A stretch of 64,000 bases of DNA from Candidatus Heimdallarchaeota archaeon (GCA_019057815.1 JAHLWR010000005.1:96001-160000); one strand, 5' to 3'; shown: positions 28,091 through 38,792, counted from the first letter of the stretch. Numbers and translations: made by a program. Notes: generated from the letters alone by a model not told the origin.

Positions 28091-29975
28091 GTTTTTCAGA
28101 GATGTTGAGAGCTGCATTGAAGTGAGTATTGACTTTCAGTCCACAGGCTTTGCAATAAGCATAGTCGTAATGACCAGAGTTGCGATCGAGTACTCCTCCA
28201 CAAACATTATGGAGTAGACTGGTATGGAAGGGATTAACTTGCTCTAGGTTAACATCATAACCTAGTTCTGAAGAAGCTAACCAGACAGCTTTTTCATAGA
28301 TGAAAGAGTTATCAGGCATGGTGTAAATAGCTTTAGCTAATGCACCTTTCGTACCTGTGGGATCGACGTTTAATTCCTCAATCTTCAAGACACGACTATG
28401 GTGTTTAGCTATCACTGTTGCTATAAAGAAGGGTAACCGTCGAAGAATTTCACGCAAAATCCTACTTCTGCGAGTATAGACTCTATTTAATTCCCCAATG
28501 AGTTTACAACAGCCATGAGAATCGCGTAATTTACGTTTTTCAGCTAATCCTCTATTGAGTTCTTTGAGAACTTTATCGGTTAAGAGGGTATAACGTTCTG
28601 CCAGTTTCAACAAATCTGGGGGGAGCTTAACAGGAGTGTTAAATGTCACCATAAACTCTCCCAAGCGGTTAATATCCACACCTAAAGTGGGGATATTTCC
28701 TGAGGGAATAGTAGTCATATAGTGGTGTAAGAGTGTAGTTGAGCGGAAACATTCGTGTGTTCCTTCTAAGACAACATCTACGCGAGGTTTGTAACTAGGA
28801 GCTTCACCACTGCTAACCTGCAAGATTTTAATGCTTGTTCCATTATGTAAATATTCCAAGACTTTGGGAGGGAAGAGTACACGGGCTTTAGTTTTCTTTT
28901 TTCCTCGTTGAGGGAAACCTAACTCTGTCCATCCTTGCTTTTTAACTTTTGCAGTCAATACTTTAGCATTACCCTCACGGGTAATAACAAACTCTTTTTT
29001 CATTAATAGTTTAATTGGTAGTTTTCCTTTTTTCTTTCTTTTAAATGGTTGAGGGATAACCTCTTCTGGTAGGGTAGAAAGAATTAACTGAGGGACACTC
29101 TCCATTAGATGATCAAAGAGTGCGAAAACGACTATCAACCTTACAGCTGAGAAGAGTTTTCGGTTTTTCTTACCTATAGATTCGGTTATCTGTTGAGCGA
29201 GCTTTTTGAGACTTTTCCAACGAGATTTTTGAGGGATGTTAATCCATGAAGTAACAAAAGAAGCAACTTGTTGTTTCTCTTGCACTAATAACTGCAATTT
29301 AGCTAGAAAGGACTGTTGATTAGGGGAAAGGTTGGGAATTGACGAAAACTCATGTATTTTGTGTTTATACGCGTCTTCTATAGCTAAAATAACTTCGTTA
29401 TGTGTCACAGTTGGTAATATGTGATTAAATTTCACATTGGAAGTTACGCATCTTCGCGCGAACTTTCTGTTCCAGTAGGAGTCTGTCTGTAACCTTGTAC
29501 TTGTCAAGAGGTTAATAACAAACCTTCTTCCCACTTTCCAATATTTCTGGAAACTGTGCTCAGTATAAGGTGATCGTCCGAATATTACCCATTCTAGTAA
29601 TTGTTGAGGGTTTTTCTGCCAGAAGTTGAAAATTCCTTGTATTTTCTTCTCTTTATCCACTTTTCCTTGAATGGCTATGTGTAACCAGTGGAAAGCACTT
29701 TCAGCTATATTCGGACTTTTACTCACTTCTTTGCATAATTTTCTTGTAAAGAACGTCTCTTTAGGGTTAGAACGGTAGAGTTCCAGAGCTTTTTTCACGA
29801 TTGCTGGTGTTAAGAGCTTTTTTTGCTCTTTTTCCAGCTCCTTTATACGTTGATTAATCTCTATTCTCTCTATCTTGCTCAAGTGTTCAAACGCCAACTG
29901 GTAACTTCTCATCACCTTCGCATGAGGGAGAGAGGGGTGTATTTTTGTTGTTGACTGTACTTGAGTAGACATCAT
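28017..29975 (-). CDS. Large (652 aa) TnpB/Cas12-like RuvC + zinc-finger protein
   Basis: LGVDIN (RuvC-I), LKIEEL (RuvC-II), VNPFHTS, HxxC...CKAC, NTHFNAALNI (RuvC-III-like). Confidence 0.85.
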   Translation of the reverse strand: MMSTQVQSTTKIHPSLPHAKVMRSYQLAFEHLSKIERIEINQRIKELEKEQKKLLTPAIVKKALELYRSNPKETFFTRKLCKEVSKSPNIAESAFHWLHIAIQGKVDKEKKIQGIFNFWQKNPQQLLEWVIFGRSPYTEHSFQKYWKVGRRFVINLLTSTRLQTDSYWNRKFARRCVTSNVKFNHILPTVTHNEVILAIEDAYKHKIHEFSSIPNLSPNQQSFLAKLQLLVQEKQQVASFVTSWINIPQKSRWKSLKKLAQQITESIGKKNRKLFSAVRLIVVFALFDHLMESVPQLILSTLPEEVIPQPFKRKKKGKLPIKLLMKKEFVITREGNAKVLTAKVKKQGWTELGFPQRGKKKTKARVLFPPKVLEYLHNGTSIKILQVSSGEAPSYKPRVDVVLEGTHECFRSTTLLHHYMTTIPSGNIPTLGVDINRLGEFMVTFNTPVKLPPDLLKLAERYTLLTDKVLKELNRGLAEKRKLRDSHGCCKLIGELNRVYTRRSRILREILRRLPFFIATVIAKHHSRVLKIEELNVDPTGTKGALAKAIYTMPDNSFIYEKAVWLASSELGYDVNLEQVNPFHTSLLHNVCGGVLDRNSGHYDYAYCKACGLKVNTHFNAALNISEKQGRPLSSRSFPPLNAREGNHSNDG

Positions 29976-30043
29976 TCACTCAGTAATGTTATGTTTAAAT
30001 TAATATATAAACTACATAAAAAAACAGCTATTTTCCTTCTTTG

Positions 30044-30172
30044 TTATTTTCCTCTCCATTGTCTATGTAATCTCCCTGCAAATGAAGAGGCTAAAGCTAT
30101 CATGTCTTCCACCAATTTTCCTTCAGTTGATTGGTTTAATAGCTGATGTATAGCTACAAGTTTAGTGTTTTG
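30044..30172 (-). pseudogene. C-terminal remnant of an IS607-family serine recombinase TnpA
   Basis: Translates as NTKLVAIHQLLNQSTEGKLVEDMIALASSFAGRLHRQWRGK*, matching the ELVEDLxxIxxSFxGRLY tail of IS607 TnpA; no start codon or catalytic domain. Confidence 0.75.
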
Positions 30173-30197
30173 TTATGCTTTCATAATATGAGAAATG

Positions 30198-30650
30198 TTA
30201 ATAATAAATATGCTTGATTAATTCCTTGAACTGTCGCATATCATCAAAAAAATCATGGAAAAGTGTTCTGGTAGCTTTATCTATATACGGTCGGTATTTA
30301 AGTAATTTTTCATCTAACGCCCAATAACTCTTATCAAGTGTAGAAAGAGCTTCTAGTAATTTAATGTTGTTTTGTTCTTGTAAAGAATTATTCACATTTT
30401 CAATTTCCTCAATAATAGTATTAAGATGGTTGACAATATAAGAGGAAAGCATAGAATCATTTTTAATTAAATGAGTAACGATGTCGTTTGCCGTACTAAT
30501 AAGTTGTTCTCGATACACTTGAACAAAATCGCGATAAAATGTTGCAGTATCAGCATCAAATGTTTGAAGCTTATAAGGTACTTCAGTTAAAATTTCAACA
30601 AACATATTAAAATTATTCAACATATAAGATGAATCAATATTCAATGTCAT
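30198..30650 (-). CDS. Uncharacterised ~150-aa helical protein ('domain X', distant member)
   Basis: FYRDFVQVYREQLISTANDIVTHL aligns with FYFSLLQINQEELETDAHNISKQL of 41415-41870. Confidence 0.65.
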   Translation of the reverse strand: MTLNIDSSYMLNNFNMFVEILTEVPYKLQTFDADTATFYRDFVQVYREQLISTANDIVTHLIKNDSMLSSYIVNHLNTIIEEIENVNNSLQEQNNIKLLEALSTLDKSYWALDEKLLKYRPYIDKATRTLFHDFFDDMRQFKELIKHIYY

Positions 30651-30859
30651 TATTTAACCTTCTAATCTTTTCTATCTTAGAATCAATGAATGTTTAGCTT
30701 TAAAGGTTAGTATGCCTATCGTAGTACAAAAAAAAACAATTTCGTAGTACATTCTATAGACTCTTTTTTTTGTACAAGGATAGAAAAAAGCTTTAAAAGA
30801 AGAACGGGAGAAGAGAATACTTACAGTCAAGAGTATTACGGGGGCTTAAATAGGAATAT

Positions 30860-32113
30860 TTGAATATAATAATGATGTATCGAGTACAACAAAACCATCT
30901 CAGAGCTTTATCGAAAGAAGAGTACTGGATACTGAAAAAACTTACACGATGCTCAAAGAACGTTTACAACCACACTTTGTGGTTGATAAAAAGAGAGTGG
31001 GAGACAAACAAAACTTTTCTTTCTTACAACAAAGTATATCTTAATATCAAGACTTATGAGTATTACCAACGTCTCCCTACTCAAATAGCTCAACAAACAG
31101 CTAGAAGAGCTGAACAAGCCTACAAATCCTTTTTCAGCTTAATGAAAGTTAAAGAACAGGGAAAATATACTGAACGGGTCAAAGAACCATGGTACTTACC
31201 AAAAGAAGGATGCTTTCTACTCTCCTTCACTCCTGATTATTTTAAAGTGCAAGGAAAAACAATTAGACTCTCACTTGGAAGGTGGATAACAAAAAATCTT
31301 AATAAACGATTCTTGAGATTTAGCTTCCCTTACCATCTCAGAGGGGAAGAAGTGAAAGAAGTTAGAATTCTTCCACGCAATTATGGGATGTATTTCGAAA
31401 TAGAGTTTGTTTATTATAAGGAGAAAGAAAGCCTCGACATTGATGTCACCAAATATCTGGGAATTGACCTAGGATTAGATAATTTTGCAACAACAGTTGA
31501 CACTGACGGGACAGCCTTCATAATCGAAGGACGTGGAATAAAATCTTTTAACCGTTGGTGGAATAAGAAGAAAGCAAAATTACAAAAGAAGTATGATAAG
31601 CAAGGGATCAAAACTGGCACTAAAATGATGAAGTTGGAAAGAAAGAGAAGGTATTATTTGCGCAACTTCATGTCTCAAGCAGTAAATGAAATAATCAAAC
31701 ATTGTAAAACAAACAATATTGGCACCATAGTTGTTGGGGAAATGAAAAATATTAAAAAGAATTGTAAGTTGGGTAAGAGAACTACACAGAATTTCCATTA
31801 TATAACCTACGGTTTATTCAAGCATAAATTGCGAACAAAAAGTGAATTTCATGGAATCGATTATAAGGAAGTTGATGAAGCCTACACCTCTCAAACCTGT
31901 TCTCAATGTGGTCTGAGACGAAAAGCCAATCGTAAATATCGAGGGTTGTATGTCTGCAAAAACTGTGGAACAGTCTTGAATGCAGATGTTAATGGTGCAT
32001 TAAATATCCTCAAGAAAGTAGCCCCTGAGTCTTCCCTTGTGAAGATAGGGGGTAGTGGTCGTCTGAGTCGACCTTCACGTCGCTCTGTTGTTCCTCAACA
32101 TAGTTACGTTTAA
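30860..32113 (+). mobile_element. tnpB: Intact TnpB (IS200/IS605 or IS607 OrfB, no adjacent intact TnpA)
   Basis: LGIDLG, IVVGE, EAYTSQTCSQC, CKNC, NADVNGALNI. Confidence 0.92.
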
Positions 32114-32150
32114 ACCAAAATAAGTCTTTTTACAAAGAACTTAGCTCATA

Positions 32151-33221
32151 TTAGAATGATCGCGAGAGTTCTTTACTTATATCAGTGAGTATATCTTCTG
32201 TAAAATAACTTAAAATGAATTCTGCACGTTCTCGTATAGTAAATTCTGCTACACCTGTAGCCCTTGCAACCATTTTTTGGGTTAAAGCTGAAGAACTGTT
32301 AAAAAGAGGTTTACAAAGATTTTTATCTATTACGTACGCTGTAGCAGCTGCAAAACAAAGGGCATTCTTACCACCCCGTTGGCGAAAGGTTATTCTAGCC
32401 AGCAACTTAAGTGATGCAAGGAACAGAATTTTTTCATAAACAAAGATATCTAAACGATATTTTCTTTGAATTCGCTCATTTATTGGGGGATGGGAACAAA
32501 TTTCAGAGCACATTCTTGCAAGATAATCTTCACTTCTACGAATACAAATTGTAGGTGATTTAACATCAAGTTTTATCATTAATTTGGAGAGATTAGTTCC
32601 TAAAACTCTATGTCCCAACCCCCTGTAAGTTTCGACAATCTCTTTAAGAGTTATGGGACAGTTGTGTTTTTCTTCTCTTACTGCAAGTAATAAACATAAT
32701 GCTGATAATAAAACATGATTCGAGACCTTATCTTTATGTATTTTTTTGTAACTATGATAGAGATAACAAGCTCTATTACGAGTATTATTTTTAATTTTTA
32801 AACACGAAAAAACCTTATCCATAATTTTAAGTGTTCTATAATCTGTTTCTTTTCCCTTTACTGCACTTGAAATATGATAGAAATTTTTGAGTTTTCGAAA
32901 TTTAGCTTGACTATGGTCATCAATTAGTGATCCTTGAGCATCTCTGAATATATACTCCTCAACCGCACCGATAGACGAACCTAATGAACTTACAACTGAC
33001 AATTGATTATTAACTGAAGTATATTGTTGCTTTTTACGCTGTTCTTTTGAAGTAACAGTACCTAGCTGAAAAGAAGAATTTTCAATAACAGGTGCATGGA
33101 CAAGACCACAGCTTTGACAGATACATAACCCGTTTTGTTCTATGATTCTGCCATCACATTCATCACATCTTTGCTCTACATGATCACTGTGTTTACTGTT
33201 CAATGTATCTCCCCCCAACAT
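32151..33221 (-). CDS. tfb: TFB family protein, copy 2 (close paralog of 14008-15039)
   Basis: Shared blocks such as KKQQYTS.NNQL.VVSSLGSSIGAVEEY.FRDAQGSLI and NHVLLSALCLLLAVRE. Confidence 0.85.
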   Translation of the reverse strand: MLGGDTLNSKHSDHVEQRCDECDGRIIEQNGLCICQSCGLVHAPVIENSSFQLGTVTSKEQRKKQQYTSVNNQLSVVSSLGSSIGAVEEYIFRDAQGSLIDDHSQAKFRKLKNFYHISSAVKGKETDYRTLKIMDKVFSCLKIKNNTRNRACYLYHSYKKIHKDKVSNHVLLSALCLLLAVREEKHNCPITLKEIVETYRGLGHRVLGTNLSKLMIKLDVKSPTICIRRSEDYLARMCSEICSHPPINERIQRKYRLDIFVYEKILFLASLKLLARITFRQRGGKNALCFAAATAYVIDKNLCKPLFNSSSALTQKMVARATGVAEFTIRERAEFILSYFTEDILTDISKELSRSF

Positions 33222-34377
33222 TGATAAAAAAGATTTTACTTCCTAATTTTTTATGAGAAAAAGGTTTATTTGTTCCGATCACAAATTCGCCAATTTGTAT
33301 TTTCTCTATTTGCTTGGAGAGAGAAGTTAAGGCACTAATGATGGTATTTCTGTAATACCTGAGCTGTAAAGCGTGACAACAGTTATTATATTTTTGTTCA
33401 TAGATAATAATACTATTATCAATTATTTTCTTACTAAGGGGGTATTGATAATACTTCTGAAGAAAATCAAAGTAAGTAAGTATTGTGATGTTCTTTTCAT
33501 AGAGTTTTATATCAAGTTTCGCTATTAAATCAAATTTGTAACAAGGTTCAATAACTATTAGTAAATTGTCTAATTCTATTGATTTTTGTACGACTAGGTT
33601 CAAAGCTTCATCTATTGTTTTTACGTTAAATGCAGAATCTTTTAACGATAGTAGGCAATTTTCCTTTTTGTTTTCATGAAATAGTAGTTGCTGATGCAAG
33701 TGTTGGTTATATAACGCTTTTTCATTACAATAATCTATCAAAAATATTTGATCTTTGAATTTTAAATATACAGAATCATCTAATCCAAACAGAGGTTCAA
33801 GAAGAATCAACCTTTGCGGATTTTCTAAGGTAATAATATCTTTAATTACTCCTTTAACAAGACTATACTGTATCCTTAATTTGATTTTCCTTCCTTTTTG
33901 AATGAACTCTGGCAAATGATCCAAGCCTAGATAAACAAATCGCTCATTATTGCTACTCTGTTGAATAAAAACTACCCTTAGATTTTCTCCACGCCTATTT
34001 TCAAAATTATGCAAAGTTGTCCAAATACAATGATAACCATAGTGAGAGTCGTTTAGCCACCAAATTGATTCTTCTAGAGACAGTTCCACACTCAAGTGAT
34101 ATTTGTAAGAGTGTCCACTAACAATCTTCATAGAAAGACCTGTCCAGTTACCTTTCTCTTCTTCGTATACTATTGACACTGCTTCGTTGCTTTCAATCTC
34201 TGATGTATATCCATCATCAATTGTTTGAAGTTCTAAGAATCCTATCTCACATTTTTCGCGTAAACTGTTGCGAATCACTCTTACCTTTCTCCCCCTTACC
34301 CTCACTCTTTCTAATTCTGCTGGAAATAAAGGATTTAGAACAGTTAAGTGAAACATTGTCTTTCCATTCATTTTCAT
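33193..34377 (-). CDS. Hypothetical protein (start likely 34377, ATGA overlap with the RHH gene)
   Basis: Long ORF, translationally coupled. Confidence 0.65.
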   Translation of the reverse strand: MKMNGKTMFHLTVLNPLFPAELERVRVRGRKVRVIRNSLREKCEIGFLELQTIDDGYTSEIESNEAVSIVYEEEKGNWTGLSMKIVSGHSYKYHLSVELSLEESIWWLNDSHYGYHCIWTTLHNFENRRGENLRVVFIQQSSNNERFVYLGLDHLPEFIQKGRKIKLRIQYSLVKGVIKDIITLENPQRLILLEPLFGLDDSVYLKFKDQIFLIDYCNEKALYNQHLHQQLLFHENKKENCLLSLKDSAFNVKTIDEALNLVVQKSIELDNLLIVIEPCYKFDLIAKLDIKLYEKNITILTYFDFLQKYYQYPLSKKIIDNSIIIYEQKYNNCCHALQLRYYRNTIISALTSLSKQIEKIQIGEFVIGTNKPFSHKKLGSKIFFINVGGRYIEQ

Positions 34378-34694
34378 CTTTCTCTTCTCCACTCCTCTTC
34401 AATTTTCACTCTCCACGATTCTCCCTTCTGTTTAGTGAATTCTTGCGATAACTCTTTTTCTAAAAAAGACTTTAGTGCATCTCTGATAACTTTTGACATA
34501 TCGCTATCTTACTCAACTGCCATACAGTTAAGATCTTCTTTTTGTTTTTCAGGGATCTTACATGTAATTAATCGCCTATTTCCAGATAAGGTTAGGATGT
34601 GAACGTTATGGGTATGAATGTCCTCTATAGGTATTTCTCTAAATTTTTCTTTTTGTTCCTTGGTCTGCTCGGTTTTAACTAAGTATTTATTCAA
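34374..34694 (-). pseudogene. Ribbon-helix-helix (CopG-like) gene with a premature TAA at 34509-34511
   Basis: The same frame continues DSDMSKVIRDALKSFLEKELSQE..., collinear with paralog 38793-39113. Confidence 0.75.
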
Positions 34695-35035
34695 TCTCCT
34701 ACCTCCTTATGTATACTTGATAATAGTTCGTCTATTCCTTCTTCCCTTGTTAGTCTTCTACATCCTTTAGATGTTGTAATTTCGAGTGTTTTTTCGTCTA
34801 TTAATCTGACAACAGTTTGATTTTCCTTAATTTCAGTTGGTACATCTCTAGCAATTTTTATCCCTCGCCATTGTTCAGTACCGTTTTTTCTTATTGTCCA
34901 GTAAATTTCAAAAGGTAATGTCCAATAATGTGCATTCAATTCATATAATTTATCACAGATTTTTTTCATAAACTGTATAGCTTCTTCTTTCCATCTTTTG
35001 GTTTCTAAATAACTGTTTTTTCTCTTTTCGATCAT
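34691..35035 (-). CDS. Hypothetical protein (MGE-like operon)
   Basis: ORF coupled to its neighbours; SD GGTGGT. Confidence 0.6.
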   Translation of the reverse strand: MIEKRKNSYLETKRWKEEAIQFMKKICDKLYELNAHYWTLPFEIYWTIRKNGTEQWRGIKIARDVPTEIKENQTVVRLIDEKTLEITTSKGCRRLTREEGIDELLSSIHKEVGD

Positions 35036-35476
35036 TTATTTACCACCTTCCACTACTTCTAATGTTTTCATATTTTTGATGCAGTTCTCCAACTGTTTGA
35101 TTACTTCCAGTTGAATATCCTTCAGTGGATGAATGGGAATACTTGTTCCTTTCGTTCCTCCTGTGAATATCGAGATGGTTTCACTGGTTATTGCAAACAA
35201 AACAAAATACGGATAGCATAGCACTATGTGTAAAACTGTCCATTGTATCGTCCCATCCGTTCTGTTTTTTTTCATCCCAATTATTCGTGGTGAAAGAATA
35301 CTATACCATATTTTATCATCGTCTACAAAGTCTCGTTTAACTAACTCTCTTCCGATTCTATGTATCAATCCTAATATTTCTTCTCTTCTCTTCTTTATAC
35401 TTCGTATCTGTTCTAATGTTTCCTCTCTTTTTTCTCCTGTATTTTTGAAAATTGGTTTATCGCTTTCTTCCTTCAT
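35036..35476 (-). CDS. Hypothetical protein (MGE-like operon)
   Basis: ORF abutting the next gene. Confidence 0.6.
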   Translation of the reverse strand: MKEESDKPIFKNTGEKREETLEQIRSIKKRREEILGLIHRIGRELVKRDFVDDDKIWYSILSPRIIGMKKNRTDGTIQWTVLHIVLCYPYFVLFAITSETISIFTGGTKGTSIPIHPLKDIQLEVIKQLENCIKNMKTLEVVEGGK

Positions 35477-35916
35477 TTAATCAGCTCTATCCATATTTCC
35501 TTTCGCTTGAAAATGTTTTTGATAATCCTTTTTAGAGAAAAATACTTGTGATAAGATGAATGAAAGGTCGGCAGAAATGAGGAAGGGTTTTTTTTCTCCT
35601 CATCTTACCTAATTTTTCACTCTTAAACTTCTCTAGCTTGTGAACACACCGCATAAAGCCATTTACATTCAGAGAGTACTCCAAATTTGTTAGGGGTTCA
35701 ATTACCATTCTTTACAACCTTTTTTCATATTTCATCAGTATTTGTAAGTTATTTCATATATATTTTTGTATATATAATTAATTATATTTAAACTTTATTA
35801 TTTTCAAATTTATTTAATATATTCTAATTAATAATGCTCATAGACACTTACTTATCCTTATCTTTAAATAATTTTTAACCTATATACTTAATAAAGAGTA
35901 AAAACGTTGAAGAGTA

Positions 35917-36096
35917 ATGAATGATGAAGAAGCAATGGATTTAAAAGAAGTTGTGACAGTCTTTAAAAGCGGCGGTGGGGAAGTGGTTATTATTCCTGCA
36001 AAGGTTCGTAAAGAATTAAAAATTAAAAATGGTGATCGATTCGCATTATATGTTCATAAAGAAACGAAGGATATTGTATTAAGAAAACTAAATTAA
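35917..36096 (+). CDS. AbrB/MazE/SpoVT-family DNA-binding protein (59 aa, not in the ORF track)
   Basis: MNDEEAMDLKEVVTVFKSGGGEVVIIPAKVRKELKIKNGDRFALYV...IVLRKLN. Confidence 0.85.
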   Translation: MNDEEAMDLKEVVTVFKSGGGEVVIIPAKVRKELKIKNGDRFALYVHKETKDIVLRKLN

Positions 36097-36257
36097 TTTT
36101 TGAAAAGTAAACATGAATAAAGGAGAAGAAAAAATAATTTAAACATTTTTAGTGTCTCAAGTAGATGTTAATCAGAATGCAAATTTTAAAGCATCTAGAA
36201 AAATTGAAAAAAACAAAAATCTTCTTCCGAAATATTGAAAAAATTGGATGAACTATT

Positions 36258-38453
36258 ATGAACTCTAAAACAGTTGTAATATCTAAAGAGTCTGATATTA
36301 AAAATATATCTGAAGTTAAAGGAATTCTGCATTTAATAATTCATCTAACTGATTATTCAAACCTTCACGAATTTCTATCAAATGAATGGAAAATCAAAGA
36401 ACAAGAATTTCATAATAGATCTTATTCCTTTTTCTTGTTTATCATTATAGATAAGCTTTGCAGAACAATATCAGAGTTGCCTGAATTAACAGATTTTGAA
36501 TATGATTATAAGTTATATAGAGGATTACAGACTAGTAATCATTTTTCAGTGATAGTTACAACTACAAGAAAAAGTAGAATTTGTTATGAGATTTTCAGAA
36601 AGACTGTTGAAATTGTACAAACAAACAATGAATTGAAAGACATGGTAAATAAGCTAAATGTTTTCTATAAATCTATTAGTTCAGCATTTGAAATTTTTAC
36701 TAACAACACTATTGAATCAAATTTATTCTCAATTAGTAATTACATTGAAAATTTACTAAATCCTATTGATTTACCTTTACAAGCAAATGTTGAATTCATT
36801 TCTATTTCAAGACATTTCTTTGAAGACTTTTATGATTACTTAGAATATTTCAAAAATCACAAAGGTGAATGGATATCGTCAAATGGCTTCTTTGCAGCAT
36901 TAATCAATTCTTATAAATTTCTTCTTGGAGATTATGTTTTTGAAAAATATAAAGAAATTCTTTTGATAGATGAACTTCCTTTCATTGATTTTTCTCCTGA
37001 AAAAAATGGTTTCTTCCCAAATTTCATTGGGACTGACATTAATGATCAGAACACTAAAACTAGTGGTGGTTCTATTTTCATAACTCAGAGTGGGATATTG
37101 CCAATATTCAGAAAGACACATGAAAAGCTATCAGAATTATATCATTTAATTTTCAAAATATCCCATTCCCATCTGTATAAAAAGTATTGTTCAAAGAAAT
37201 ACGAATCAATTACTATAGATTATCAGCAAATTGAGAAACTGATAAAGGAGATAGATAATTTTCCCAATTATAAAGAGCGATTTAGCTTAGAGAAGTTATT
37301 TGATTATAACAAGTTTTTTTCTATAGATTTACATAATTCAATTCAAACTGGTTTAATGTTCCAAATTTTATTTAACGGACTTACTGCTTTTTGTAAAGAG
37401 TATGGAATGGATTCAAATATGATTATAATTGAATCAGATGAAAATAATGATTATAAATTTAAATTCGATAAAATAGGAAACATCGTACATGTTCCTAAAA
37501 GCTCTGATTATCATATTACATCAGAAAAAAGATTGAAACAAATCTGTTATGAGAAATCAAACTTTGAGAAAATCAATACAAATAACACAGATACTAAAAT
37601 CTTTGATAATAGAAAATATGGATTTTTTAGAGAGGTTAAAACTTATGGTACATCTGGAAATGATTATACTTTTTGGTTAGGTTCATTCTTTTATGGGTCA
37701 ATAGATAATACAGCTGAAACAGAGAACCTAGAATTCTTGGTAAATGAAATTAGAAGAAATAGGAACATATATAGAATAGACCATTATATCCTTGATTTCT
37801 CTTTTTTCATTTATCTCATGAGACATTTCATAAATATTCCAATACTTGAGCCTTATAGAACTGATCCTTTTAACCTCTTTTTTGATTCTGTTGATGATAT
37901 TGAGGATCAAATAAAAATAAATAAATTTCAATCCTCCTATTCGGTTTTCTTAGAATCTTTTCAAAAAGAAAATTTAGACAATAAAACAAAAAAGAATGCT
38001 TTAGAAAATCTTACGAAAGATCTATTTAATATGTCTAAACAATTTGAGGTATTGAAAGTCAATTTTCTTGATAGTGCTGAAGAAATAGATTTGATTGTAG
38101 AAACTAAACCTTTAATTCCTGATCTATCGGAAATCTTAGGTAAAATATTTCTTGTTGAATGTAAAAATATGAACTCCAAAATAACTCCAAAGCAGATCAG
38201 GGATTTTGGAAGTAAACTGCCAAAATATACCATTAAAACAGGAATTATTGTTGCTCGTAAGAGTACAACAGGCAAAAATCAGGATAAAGGTGCAAAAAGA
38301 GAAATAAGAGATCTGATAAATAGAGGACATCTTATTCTTATTCTCGATAAGAATGATTTGGAAGATATTTCTAAAGGTAGAAGTGTTTCTACTATTTTGT
38401 TTAGATCTTTTTGTCGTATGTACTTCAAGGGATTAAAAACAATTCTGAAGTAA
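36258..38453 (+). CDS. Large protein with a C-terminal Mrr-type PD-(D/E)xK restriction endonuclease domain
   Basis: LENLTKDLF...EEIDLIVE...FLVECKN...QIRDFGSKL...GIIVA. Confidence 0.8.
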   Translation: MNSKTVVISKESDIKNISEVKGILHLIIHLTDYSNLHEFLSNEWKIKEQEFHNRSYSFFLFIIIDKLCRTISELPELTDFEYDYKLYRGLQTSNHFSVIVTTTRKSRICYEIFRKTVEIVQTNNELKDMVNKLNVFYKSISSAFEIFTNNTIESNLFSISNYIENLLNPIDLPLQANVEFISISRHFFEDFYDYLEYFKNHKGEWISSNGFFAALINSYKFLLGDYVFEKYKEILLIDELPFIDFSPEKNGFFPNFIGTDINDQNTKTSGGSIFITQSGILPIFRKTHEKLSELYHLIFKISHSHLYKKYCSKKYESITIDYQQIEKLIKEIDNFPNYKERFSLEKLFDYNKFFSIDLHNSIQTGLMFQILFNGLTAFCKEYGMDSNMIIIESDENNDYKFKFDKIGNIVHVPKSSDYHITSEKRLKQICYEKSNFEKINTNNTDTKIFDNRKYGFFREVKTYGTSGNDYTFWLGSFFYGSIDNTAETENLEFLVNEIRRNRNIYRIDHYILDFSFFIYLMRHFINIPILEPYRTDPFNLFFDSVDDIEDQIKINKFQSSYSVFLESFQKENLDNKTKKNALENLTKDLFNMSKQFEVLKVNFLDSAEEIDLIVETKPLIPDLSEILGKIFLVECKNMNSKITPKQIRDFGSKLPKYTIKTGIIVARKSTTGKNQDKGAKREIRDLINRGHLILILDKNDLEDISKGRSVSTILFRSFCRMYFKGLKTILK

Positions 38454-38629
38454 GATTCATGTTCACATTATTTTGCATTAAAGTGCAATTCATATCATCT
38501 TCTAATTAGGATGATTATTTTATAAGAAGTAAAATTTGTTGATTTATGGGAAAATAATCAATAGAGTGAATTTTTTATATAAATTAACTAAGTTAATATA
38601 AGATTTTTTAATGGATAACATAGATAATA

Positions 38630-38702
38630 ATGGATAGATCAAAAGATTGGTTAACTCATGCAGAACGCGTTTTAGAGTAAGCATAGTGGAGTTTAAAAGG
38701 AG
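38630..38702 (+). pseudogene. N-terminal remnant of a HEPN-domain gene
   Basis: MDRSKDWLTHAERVLE*A*WSLKG resembles the start of archaeal HEPN proteins; contains stops. Confidence 0.5.
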
Positions 38703-38792
38703 AAGAGGGAATTAAATCGATACTTGAAGAAATAAAAAAGTATGAGAATGAAATGAATGAAGAATAGTTTCCACAGGAAATATAGGTGTTTC

